From: Pseudomonadota bacterium
Lineage (GTDB): Bacteria; Pseudomonadota; Gammaproteobacteria; Steroidobacterales; Steroidobacteraceae
Length of the DNA stretch: 64,000 bases
Direction of reading: 5' to 3'
NCBI GenBank assembly: GCA_046733635.1
Contig: JBKPPO010000091.1
Coordinates: 10 to 64,009 of the forward strand
The notes under the pieces are model-generated. The model was not told where the DNA came from and did no database searches. It worked only from the letters and a program-made list of their open reading frames with translations. The translations under genes and the position numbers were made by a program. Positions 54,745 through 63,458 of this stretch are shown one piece after another (within the stretch, counting starts at the first letter, position 1; each line of letters begins with the position of its first letter).

Positions 54745-55968
54745 TCAAATCGTGCTCAATTTCCAAAGACGCGCGACGCGCGCGTAAGTCGGATCCTGGT
54801 TCACCGCGGTGAAGGCCGTCGCGGCTTCCGCCTTGTTGCCGGCGCGCAGGTACGCGATGCCCAGCAGGATGTTGGCCTCGTCGGGATTCTTCACGCCGCC
54901 CTTGGCGATTCCGCGCTTGAGAACTTCGATCGCCTTGTCGTACTGCGCGTAGCTGATGTACGCGGCGCCGAGCTTCACGTCGTTGTCGCCGGTGGGCTTG
55001 GCCTTGGCCGACGCGTCCTGCTTGTCGAGCGAGGTCTTGTCGAGCGCCGCAGCTTGTTTGGCTTCGTTGAGCAGCGTGGTCGCCGATTCCTTGCCCGTCT
55101 TGGCGAACACGCCCTTCTGGAATCCCTTGTCGAGCGCGGCCTGGGCTTCGCCCGGAAGGCCCTGGCTGATCGCGAGCTGCGCGAACTCGGTGTATTCCGC
55201 CGGATCCACGAGCACGTCCTTGCCATCGGCGACGCGCCAGATGTTCAGCAACTGAACGTTGTTCTTGGTCTGGCCCAGCATCAGCGAGACGAGGTCCTGC
55301 CAGTAGTCGGGCTTCGGATAGTGCGTGACCAGCTTCTCGAGCATGTCGACGATGCAGGCGTTGTCCTTGGTCTTGATGCACGCGCCCTGGAGGATGCGGT
55401 ACGTGATCTCTTCCGGCTTGGCGCCGGCACCTTCCTGGGTCTCGATGACCTTGGTCATCACGGTCTTGGTGTTCGGGAAATCGTCCGTGGCGTAGTAGGC
55501 GTTGCCCACGTAAGACGCGAGTTCCGCGTCATAGGTGCTGGCGATCGCCTTGTTGCCGATCTCGACCACCTTCGGATAGTTCTTGGTCTGGTACGCGAGC
55601 TGGACGAGCAGCTTGGCGCGCGCAGGCTTCTCGGCCTCCACCATGCAGATGGAGTTGTAAGAAGCTTCGAGGTCCGCGAACGCTTCCGGATACTGCTGCT
55701 TGCTCAGGTAAGCGCGGCCGCGGAATTCGTTCATCCAGTACTTGTCGAAGTCGGACTTCGGGATGTCGAGGGCTTCGGCTTCGGCCACTTTCGCGATGAC
55801 CTCGTCCCATTGCTTGCCCTGGTACGCCTTCTCCGCTGCGCCGATGGGCTTGTCCACCTTCTTGGTGATCTTCTGGCCCGGGCATCCGGGTTCCTGCGCC
55901 AACACGGCGGTGGAGCCCAGCAGGCCCATGACGCCGACGACAATCCCAAAACCAATCCGTTTGGACAC
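54745..55968 (-). CDS. secreted tetratricopeptide-repeat protein (paralog 1)
   Basis: Signal MSKRIGFGIVVGVMGLLGSTAVLA. TPR-like repeats. Downstream of exbD on the same strand. Confidence 0.8.
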   Translation of the reverse strand: MSKRIGFGIVVGVMGLLGSTAVLAQEPGCPGQKITKKVDKPIGAAEKAYQGKQWDEVIAKVAEAEALDIPKSDFDKYWMNEFRGRAYLSKQQYPEAFADLEASYNSICMVEAEKPARAKLLVQLAYQTKNYPKVVEIGNKAIASTYDAELASYVGNAYYATDDFPNTKTVMTKVIETQEGAGAKPEEITYRILQGACIKTKDNACIVDMLEKLVTHYPKPDYWQDLVSLMLGQTKNNVQLLNIWRVADGKDVLVDPAEYTEFAQLAISQGLPGEAQAALDKGFQKGVFAKTGKESATTLLNEAKQAAALDKTSLDKQDASAKAKPTGDNDVKLGAAYISYAQYDKAIEVLKRGIAKGGVKNPDEANILLGIAYLRAGNKAEAATAFTAVNQDPTYARVARLWKLSTI

Positions 55969-56102
55969 TTCCGACGCTCCTTACAAAGGAGCCGCGGGAC
56001 CAGATGGGCCGCGGCTCGTTTAGATCAGATCCACCGTCGAGACACCCAGCAATTTGGATGTCTGCGACGGCAGAAAGTTTCTGAGGGATTTCAGAGGCTT
56101 AT

Positions 56103-56540
56103 TTAGTCCCTGAACTCCGCGGTATTCACAAAGCCCATTTTCTGCATGCGATTACGCTGCGCAGCGGCCATCACGAGAGCCGTCTGTTCATAACGCGAAC
56201 GCCGATCAGGGCGAAGGTGAATTTCCGGCTGAGGCCTTCCAGCAGCCTCGGCGCCTTGACGCGCCGAGCGGAAGAAGGACTCGAGCTGCGGAATTCCGCT
56301 GACCACCGTGCCGTTCCACACGATCGTGCCGTCGAAGTCGATGTCGATCTGAATGACTTCGGGGCGCGTCGTCGGAGGCGGCGCATTGGTCTGAGGCATA
56401 TCCAGCTTCGTCGCGTGCGTCATGACGGGAATCGACATGATCAGCACGATGATGAGCACCAGCATGACGTCGATGAGCGGAGTCGTATTGATCTCCATCA
56501 TCGGGACATCTGCATCGGCGCTGCCAACACTCATACCCAT
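56103..56540 (-). CDS. exbD: ExbD/TolR-family biopolymer transport protein (second copy)
   Basis: INTTPLIDVMLVLIIVLIM and a periplasmic domain. Confidence 0.9.
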   Translation of the reverse strand: MGMSVGSADADVPMMEINTTPLIDVMLVLIIVLIMSIPVMTHATKLDMPQTNAPPPTTRPEVIQIDIDFDGTIVWNGTVVSGIPQLESFFRSARQGAEAAGRPQPEIHLRPDRRSRYEQTALVMAAAQRNRMQKMGFVNTAEFRD

Positions 56541-56558
56541 GGATAAGTACCTCTATGC

Positions 56559-57002
56559 TCAGCGCGTAACGCGAATGCTGCCGCGATCCGGTTCGGTGAT
56601 GAAACCGACCTTCACGATGCCGCCACGCTGCAGATTGTTGATGACCCTGCCGACCGCCTCATATCGCGCGGCGACGTCGCCGCGGATATGGAATTCCGGC
56701 TGGGGCACCTTGCGGGCTTCAGCAACGATGCGCTGAAAGAACACCTGGCGGTCGGTGATCATTCCCGCGTTCCAATAGACCTGGCCCTTGGCATCGATCG
56801 AGATCGTGATGTTCTCGGGCTTGGTCTGCGTCGGCTGATTCACCGCCTTCGGGATCTCCACGTTCGCCATCTTCTGGATCACGGGAACCGTGATCAAAAA
56901 GATGATCAGCAGCACCAGCATGATGTCCACGAGCGGCGTCGTGTTGATTTCCGAAATGGCGGAGGCTTCTTCATCGGAAGCCGGGCCCACACTCATTGCC
57001 AT
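56559..57002 (-). CDS. exbD: ExbD/TolR-family biopolymer transport protein (first copy)
   Basis: INTTPLVDIMLVLLIIFLIT and a periplasmic domain. Confidence 0.9.
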   Translation of the reverse strand: MAMSVGPASDEEASAISEINTTPLVDIMLVLLIIFLITVPVIQKMANVEIPKAVNQPTQTKPENITISIDAKGQVYWNAGMITDRQVFFQRIVAEARKVPQPEFHIRGDVAARYEAVGRVINNLQRGGIVKVGFITEPDRGSIRVTR

Positions 57003-57059
57003 GACGCGTTACCTCAGAGAGTCGTCAGTAAGTGAAACGTAAACCTGCGCGAAGCGGGT

Positions 57060-57788
57060 TTACTTCTTCACTCCGGCAACCGGGGCGCCCTGCGACACGC
57101 GAGCACCACCCACCAGGTAGGCATGCAGGTCGGACGCGAAGTTGCGCAGACTCTCGCCGATCGCCTTGTTACGGCGCAGCAGCCAGTTGTAACCCATGAC
57201 CGCCGGCACGGCGACCGCGAGACCCAGGGCCGTCATGATCAGAGCTTCACCGACGGGGCCGGCCACCTTGTCGATGGAGGCCTGACCCGACACGCCGATC
57301 GACACGAGGGCGTTCAGAATGCCCCACACCGTGCCGAACAGACCGATGAACGGCGAGGTCGAACCCACGGTCGCGAGGAACGCGAGGCCGTTGCTCATCT
57401 TGCTGTTCACGGAGTCGACCGAACGCTGGAGCGACATCGTCACCCACTCGTGCAGGTCGATGCGGTCCGTCAGGCGGCCTTCGTGGTGGGCGGACGCACG
57501 CAGGCCGTCTTCGGCCACGGCGCGGAAATCATTGTCCTTCGGCAGGCGGTCCACGGCTTCCTTGAGGGAACCGGAGCTCCAGAATTGCTTCTCGACCACC
57601 TTGGCGCCCTGCTTCAGCCGGCGCTGATCCCAGAGCTTCGTGAAGATGATGTACCAGGAGACGGCGGACATGACGACCAGGATGATCAGGGTGCCACGCG
57701 CCACGGCGTCACCTTGACCCCAGAGGGCCTCGATACCGTAGGGGTTGTGGACAGTGACAGCGTCGGCAGCAGGGGCAGCGTTTTGCAT
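57060..57788 (-). CDS. exbB: MotA/TolQ/ExbB proton-channel protein
   Basis: Three TM helices and the LATVGSTSPFIGLFGTVWGI signature. Confidence 0.92.
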   Translation of the reverse strand: MQNAAPAADAVTVHNPYGIEALWGQGDAVARGTLIILVVMSAVSWYIIFTKLWDQRRLKQGAKVVEKQFWSSGSLKEAVDRLPKDNDFRAVAEDGLRASAHHEGRLTDRIDLHEWVTMSLQRSVDSVNSKMSNGLAFLATVGSTSPFIGLFGTVWGILNALVSIGVSGQASIDKVAGPVGEALIMTALGLAVAVPAVMGYNWLLRRNKAIGESLRNFASDLHAYLVGGARVSQGAPVAGVKK

Positions 57789-57844
57789 GATTTCCTCGAT
57801 TACGAAAATGCGACGCGGCGCCCTTAGCGCCGCATCACCGTGAA

Positions 57845-58477
57845 TTAATTGTCGTTCTTGATGACGAACTTGACCTTGAACTTGATGCAGGACTCATCGA
57901 GTCCGGCGCCATTTTCAGTGGCCGGCGTGTAACGACTGGCCTTGGCCACACGCACCGCCGCGCCGTCGAGTTCCGGGTAGCCGGAGGTCTCGGTGACGAC
58001 GGGATCGCGCAGCAAGCGGCCGTTCGGACCAACGCAAGCCTGTACGACAGGCGAGCCCTGCTCTTCACGACGCTTCGCGCCAGGCGGGTAGTACTGATCC
58101 GGATCAGCGGCGCTACGCATCTTCGCGGGCTGACCGGCCACACGCGGCGGCGGCGGCGGAGCCGGCGGCGGCGGTTTGTCGGTGACGTCCTGGATGGCCG
58201 TCGTCGTCGTTTCCATCGGTAGGTCGATGGAGACTTCCGGAGGCGGCACTTCCACCGGCGGACGCTCCATCTCGGGCGGCGGCGGCGGCGGCGGCTCTTC
58301 CTCCTGCTTCACTTCGTCGACGATGTCGGCCTCGATCGGAGGCGCGATGACTTCGACGACCTTGCGCGCGAGGCCGGAAGCCAGCGCCCAAGCGATGAAG
58401 ATGTGGAGAGCAATGATGATCACCACCACGATTCCGCGGCGGGTGAAGAAAGAAGAATCTTGTGCGTATGCGGGCAT
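57845..58477 (-). CDS. tonB: energy transducer TonB
   Basis: N-terminal anchor IVVVIIIALHIFIAW, Pro-rich spacer EEEPPPPPPPEMERPPVEVPPPE and a C-terminal TonB domain (YPPGAKRREEQG). Start at ATG 58477. Confidence 0.9.
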   Translation of the reverse strand: MPAYAQDSSFFTRRGIVVVIIIALHIFIAWALASGLARKVVEVIAPPIEADIVDEVKQEEEPPPPPPPEMERPPVEVPPPEVSIDLPMETTTTAIQDVTDKPPPPAPPPPPRVAGQPAKMRSAADPDQYYPPGAKRREEQGSPVVQACVGPNGRLLRDPVVTETSGYPELDGAAVRVAKASRYTPATENGAGLDESCIKFKVKFVIKNDN

Positions 58478-58743
58478 GTGTTCCCGAGGTTCGCGAGTGA
58501 AAACTAGTTGAAAACTTCGGCGCGTATCAAACGGGTGGCGGAAAGTAACCAAGCTTTCCGACCAGTGCAACCGTTCGTTCGTTCCGTCCCCAGTCGTGCC
58601 CCCACGCTTGCGGGCATGACCTTATAAAAATTCATAGTAATTGCGTGTTGTGCTTCGGCGCCGGTCCGAAGCCGCCGAACTGTAACCGCAGGCGGAGTGC
58701 CTGACAACAACTCTGTTTGCATTGCGATGTGCATAACGCTGCG

Positions 58744-60426
58744 TCAATCCGTCACTGCGCCGAGTGATGCGCTTGACACATTCCGTGCGTACTTCGCGAG
58801 CACACCTTTCGTCGCATAAGGCTTCGGCGCTTTCCATTTCGCGCGGCGCTTCTTGAGCTCCGTGGCGCTGACATCGATCTGCAGCGTGCGTTTCACCGCA
58901 TCGATTGCGATGCGATCACCGTCCCTTAATAGGCCGATGGGTCCGCCGAGCGCAGCTTCCGGAGAGATATGTCCAACCACGAACCCATGACTCCCGCCGG
59001 AGAATCTTCCGTCAGTGATCAAAGCAACTTTGTCGCCGAGTCCGCGGCCCATGATGGCGCCGGTCGGACTCAACATCTCGCGCATGCCAGGGCCACCGCG
59101 CGGACCTTCGTAGCGAATCACGACGACATCGCCCGGCTTCACCTTGCCCGCGAGAATCGCCGCGGTCGCACGTTCTTCGCCGTCGAACACCCGCGCGACA
59201 CCCGCGAATCGCAGGCCTTCCTTGCCGGAGATTTTCGCCACCGCTCCTTCGGGCGCGAGGTTGCCGTACATCACGACCAGATGACTGTCCTTCTTGATCG
59301 GCTCCGAGAGCGGCCGAACGATGTCCTGCCCCGCCGGGTAATCGGCGACGTCCGCGAGATTCTCCGCGAGCGTGCGGCCCGTGACGGTGAGGCATTCACC
59401 GTGCAGCAGACCCGCATCGAGCATTCGCTTCATCAATGGCTGGATTCCACCGATCGCGATGAGTTCCGACATTAGGTAGCGGCCGCTCGGACGTAGATCA
59501 GCGAGAAGCGGCACACGCTTTCCGATGCGCGTGAAGTCCTGTAGTCCCAATCTGACCTTGGCCGCATGGGCGATCGCAAGCAGATGCAGCACCGCGTTGG
59601 TGCTGCCACCGAGCGCGATGGTCACGGCGATCGCATTCTCGAAAGCCTTCTTCGTGAGGATGCGTGACGGCGTGATTCCCGCCTTGACGAGTTGCACCAC
59701 CGCCGCGCCCGCCCTGCGGCAATCGTCACGCTTGGTGCTTCCCACTGCTTCCTGCGCAGAGCTGTTAGGCAGCGAGAGACCCAGCGCTTCGATGGCGGAC
59801 GCCATCGTGTTCGCCGTGTACATCCCGCCGCAGCTTCCCGGTCCGGGGATGGCCGTGCGTTCGACCTCGAGCAACTGCTCCGCCGACACGCGGCCGGCGG
59901 CGTGGCCGCCCACCGCCTCGAACACCGAGACGATGTCGCGGCGGTTCACGCCGGGACGGATGGTGCCGCCGTAGACGAACACCGCGGGACGATCGAGCCG
60001 CGCGATGGCGATCGCGCAACCCGGGATGTTCTTGTCGCAACCGCCGATGGCGACGAAGCCGTCGAAGCCTTCCGCGCCGACCACCGTCTCGATGGAGTCG
60101 GCGATCACCTCTCGCGACACGAGCGAGTAACGCATGCCGGGCGATCCCATCGAGATGCCGTCGGAGACGGTGATCGTGTTGAACAACACGCCCTTGCCGC
60201 CCGCCGCATCCGCGCCGGTGATCGCTTCGGAAGCGAGATCGTTGATGTGCATGTTGCAGGGAGTGAGATTGGCCCAGGTGGAGGCCACCCCGATCTGCGG
60301 CTTCTCGAAGTCCGCGTCCTGGAACCCCACGGCGCGCAGCATCGCGCGCGAGGCCGATTGTTTGACGCCGTCGACCACCAGCTTCGAATACTTGCGCTGG
60401 TCCACCGCCCCACTCTGCTTCTTCAT
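58744..60426 (-). CDS. ilvD: dihydroxy-acid dehydratase
   Basis: [25 protein letters not shown] and the C-terminal [24 protein letters not shown] lies upstream of the start. Confidence 0.95.
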   Translation of the reverse strand: MKKQSGAVDQRKYSKLVVDGVKQSASRAMLRAVGFQDADFEKPQIGVASTWANLTPCNMHINDLASEAITGADAAGGKGVLFNTITVSDGISMGSPGMRYSLVSREVIADSIETVVGAEGFDGFVAIGGCDKNIPGCAIAIARLDRPAVFVYGGTIRPGVNRRDIVSVFEAVGGHAAGRVSAEQLLEVERTAIPGPGSCGGMYTANTMASAIEALGLSLPNSSAQEAVGSTKRDDCRRAGAAVVQLVKAGITPSRILTKKAFENAIAVTIALGGSTNAVLHLLAIAHAAKVRLGLQDFTRIGKRVPLLADLRPSGRYLMSELIAIGGIQPLMKRMLDAGLLHGECLTVTGRTLAENLADVADYPAGQDIVRPLSEPIKKDSHLVVMYGNLAPEGAVAKISGKEGLRFAGVARVFDGEERATAAILAGKVKPGDVVVIRYEGPRGGPGMREMLSPTGAIMGRGLGDKVALITDGRFSGGSHGFVVGHISPEAALGGPIGLLRDGDRIAIDAVKRTLQIDVSATELKKRRAKWKAPKPYATKGVLAKYARNVSSASLGAVTD

Positions 60427-60441
60427 CGATGTGCCCTCTAG

Positions 60442-61746
60442 CTAGACGTTGGCGCGCATCACGCGCCGCATGTGCGAAAAACCCATGGCGCCCGCCGTCA
60501 CGAACAACAGCGGCAGCACCAGCGAAAAGATGCCCGAACCAGGCCGGAGCGACTCCAGCCCCTGATAGATCAGGATTCCGGCGGGCGGTGCGATGGCGCC
60601 GCGCACTCCGGTGAGCGTCACGTGGACACCCATGTAATGCTGCGCGCGGCCGACCGACGCGAAGTCATTGTGCCCGAGATTCCATCCGAGGTTTGCGCCG
60701 GCGGAAGCGATGGCGAGCAACAACGCGCCGAACCACAACATCGGCATGGCGTGCAGCGCCGTCCCGAGTGTGAAGGCAAACACGGCGGCCACCAGCACCC
60801 AGCTCTGCCGCGCCCGGTATTCGACCACGTGTCCCTGGTCGAACATCCGGGCCCAGAACGGGACGAACAGCGGCAGCAGTCCCAGTGGAACCACGGACAA
60901 CAGCGCGATCTGCAGGCTGGCCGAGAGATGCAGGTGTTCGCTGAAGATCACCACGAGCTGCGACGTGAGCATGAGGTTGCCGCCGCCGAATACACCCATC
61001 CAGAACATGTACTCGCGGAAATGAGCGTCCTTGCGCAGGATCTCGAACAACATGCCGAGGCTGAAGGGCTCGCTCCGGCCCACCGCCGCATTTTCTTCGG
61101 CGAGCAGCGCGAATTCGCGGCGTACGCGTGCCGCGCGATACAGCCAGGCGGCGAGCAGGCCCGCCGCCGTGCCCGCGCCGAACAACCATCGTGAGTCGAT
61201 GGCGCCCTTGTCGAGCGTCCATGCCGCGAGCGCCGCGGCGGATGCCACCGCCAGCGAGCTCACGATCACGATGCGACCGGTGTACCGGCCCAACGCCGAG
61301 CGCGGGTAGTTTGCACTCCAGACCGCCGCGCGTACGGTGAGCAAGCCTGTCCACACCACGCGAGCGACGAGTATCGAGACCACGGCGAACGCCAGGCCGC
61401 CGATCGCTCGCGGCGCGGCGCCGATGAGTCCCACGAGCAGCGCGAAGGCGGCCTGCAACCCCGTCATCAGTGCGATTCGGGACCGGCCGTGAGCCAGGTT
61501 GGCCCAGACGAAACTCACGACATTCGACAATGCGGGGGCGCCGCTCACGAAGGCGACGGCGAGGTTCACCATCCACGGATCAGCGGCGTCGGCGAACGTC
61601 TTCTTGATGAGGACCGCGGCAGTCGCGCCCTCGACGAGTCCCAGGGTGAGACCCAGCAGCGCCCAAGGAGCGATCTCCCGTCGGAACGCCGCTTCTGCGG
61701 CCAGCGAATCGGGGGGCGCCGCCCGCCAGAATCTCGGAAACATCAA
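60442..61746 (-). CDS. MFS transporter
   Basis: About 12 hydrophobic segments, 434 aa. ATGA-type overlap with the upstream peptidase gene. Confidence 0.75.
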   Translation of the reverse strand: MMFPRFWRAAPPDSLAAEAAFRREIAPWALLGLTLGLVEGATAAVLIKKTFADAADPWMVNLAVAFVSGAPALSNVVSFVWANLAHGRSRIALMTGLQAAFALLVGLIGAAPRAIGGLAFAVVSILVARVVWTGLLTVRAAVWSANYPRSALGRYTGRIVIVSSLAVASAAALAAWTLDKGAIDSRWLFGAGTAAGLLAAWLYRAARVRREFALLAEENAAVGRSEPFSLGMLFEILRKDAHFREYMFWMGVFGGGNLMLTSQLVVIFSEHLHLSASLQIALLSVVPLGLLPLFVPFWARMFDQGHVVEYRARQSWVLVAAVFAFTLGTALHAMPMLWFGALLLAIASAGANLGWNLGHNDFASVGRAQHYMGVHVTLTGVRGAIAPPAGILIYQGLESLRPGSGIFSLVLPLLFVTAGAMGFSHMRRVMRANV

Positions 61747-63134
61747 CCCAATCGCTGCCGGATCATCCGGTACAGCGCGCGCACGGTATGAGGATCACCA
61801 CCCACCGGCCGGCCGGGTCTCTCCTTGGGATTCCACGCGTAGACATCGGCATGCAGCCAGTTGCGCGTGCGGGTCACGAAGCGCTTCAGGAACAACGCGC
61901 CGATGATCGATCCCGCAAACGGGCCGGGCGACACATTATTAAGGTCCGCGATCCGGCTGCCGAAGTCGTCGTCATACCCGGCCCACAGCGGCATGGGCCA
62001 CAGGGGGTCGGCTTCGCGCTCCCCCACCCGTCGCAACTCTTCTGCGAGCTCCGGCGGATTGGAGTAGATGGCGGGTAGTTCGGGCCCGAGCGCCACGCGC
62101 GCGGCGCCAGTGAGTGTGGCGAGGTCGATGAGCAACTCCGGTTGCTCCTGATCCGCCTCGGTCAACGCGTCCGCGAGCACGAGGCGGCCTTCGGCGTCGG
62201 TATTGCCCACCTCCACCGTGAGACCCTGCCGGGACCGCAACACATCACTGGGCCGGAACGAACGCCCGGAGACACTGTTCTCCACGGCAGCGATCAGAAG
62301 TCGCAACTGGATGGGCGCATCCGCGCCCATGAGCATGCGCGCCAGCGCGAGCGCCAGGGCGGCGCCACCCATGTCCTTCTTCATGAGGATCATGCCGCTC
62401 GACGGTTTGATGTCGAGACCTCCGGTGTCGAAGCAGACGCCCTTGCCGACGAGCGTCACACGCGGCGCGCCGCGTTTGCCCCAGCGAAGATCGATGAGAC
62501 GCGGCTCCCGCGCACTGCCCTTTCCCACTTCATAGATCAGTGGATAGTTCTGGCGAAGCAGGTCCTCGCCCACCAGGATCCGGCACTCGGCTTCGTGCTG
62601 CAGCGCGAGCCGTTGCACGGCTTCGCCGAGTTCTGCCGGGCCGAGATCGTTCGCGGGGGTGTTGATCAGGTCGCGCGCCTCGCTGAGCGCCTCGTTCGCG
62701 AGCCGCACGTATTCCAGGTCGGTTCCGGATGGCACCACGAGCGCGGGCACCTCGGCCGAAGACTTCTTATATCGGGTGAATCGATAGGCGCCGTACTCCC
62801 AACCGAGAGTGAGCTGCGTGGCGCCGACGGAGCTGAAGCTGCCCGCGAAGCGGTATTTGCCTGGTGGGAGCCGGTCGGGCAGTCCCACGGAGGTCCACAA
62901 GGTTGGCTCGCTGAGATCCGCCATCGCTCCAAGACCCACCGCGACGCCCGCGATCTCGCCCTGGGCCCCGGGTACGACCAGGATCTTCTGCTTTTCCGCC
63001 AGGAAGCCCTGCGCCCGGGCCCAGGACCGCACTGCAGCGGGCTGCAGCTCGAGCCAGGACGACAGACCTTGTTCGCCCATCAACCAGATGGGTCGTGCGC
63101 CTTGGGCGTCGGCTTCGCTGAGGAGGTGACTCAC
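61743..63134 (-). CDS. M17 leucyl-aminopeptidase-family protein
   Basis: NTDAEGRLVLADAL signature and the VGKGVCFDTGG / MKKDMGGAA metal-site motifs. Confidence 0.9.
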   Translation of the reverse strand: MSHLLSEADAQGARPIWLMGEQGLSSWLELQPAAVRSWARAQGFLAEKQKILVVPGAQGEIAGVAVGLGAMADLSEPTLWTSVGLPDRLPPGKYRFAGSFSSVGATQLTLGWEYGAYRFTRYKKSSAEVPALVVPSGTDLEYVRLANEALSEARDLINTPANDLGPAELGEAVQRLALQHEAECRILVGEDLLRQNYPLIYEVGKGSAREPRLIDLRWGKRGAPRVTLVGKGVCFDTGGLDIKPSSGMILMKKDMGGAALALALARMLMGADAPIQLRLLIAAVENSVSGRSFRPSDVLRSRQGLTVEVGNTDAEGRLVLADALTEADQEQPELLIDLATLTGAARVALGPELPAIYSNPPELAEELRRVGEREADPLWPMPLWAGYDDDFGSRIADLNNVSPGPFAGSIIGALFLKRFVTRTRNWLHADVYAWNPKERPGRPVGGDPHTVRALYRMIRQRLG

Positions 63135-63194
63135 GGGAAAAAGTTTAAAGGATCAGGTTCCTACGCGCTCTCTCGACGGGCACCGTCGTTGACA

Positions 63195-63368
63195 ATGGAT
63201 GAACACCCGTGGTGTCATCGCGCGCATTGTATGCAGGCCCAGACCTCCCAGTCCCTCACGAAACTCCGCAGCGCTGATCCGGCGCGCGACCTCGTGGGCG
63301 TCGTACTGGTATCCCTTCCGCTGCTCCTTATCGGGAGTACGGTGCGGGACGCCTGCTTGACGCGCTAA
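63195..63368 (+). promoter_or_regulatory. candidate Leu/Val/Ile-rich leader peptide ORF of an ilvC attenuator
   Basis: The in-frame run 63291-63332 encodes LVGVVLVSLPLLLI (11 of 14 codons are Leu/Val/Ile). Stop codon TAA at 63366-63368. Possible starts are ATG 63231 or 63195, neither with a clear SD. TTGACA at 63189-63194. Confidence 0.4.
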
Positions 63369-63389
63369 CACACGGACAAGCATTCACCT

Positions 63390-63428
63390 AAAACCCCGCA
63401 CCGGCCAAGCCGATGCGGGGTTTTTCTT
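63390..63428 (+). terminator. intrinsic terminator immediately upstream of ilvC
   Basis: AAAA-CCCCGCA (63394-63400)...TGCGGGG (63414-63420)-TTTTTCTT, with an inner CGG/CCG extension. About 30 nt before the ilvC RBS. Confidence 0.75.
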
Positions 63429-63458
63429 ATGATCGTTTGAAGGACACTGGAGCAGACA

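Noticed and set aside
58600-58660. AT-rich segment (cttataaaaattcatagtaattg) upstream of tonB, considered as a Fur box or promoter.
   Set aside because: My best alignments to GATAATGATAATCATTATC gave only about 8/19 matches. I found no convincing -35/-10 pair at proper spacing. It may still be promoter DNA, but I cannot support a Fur site.
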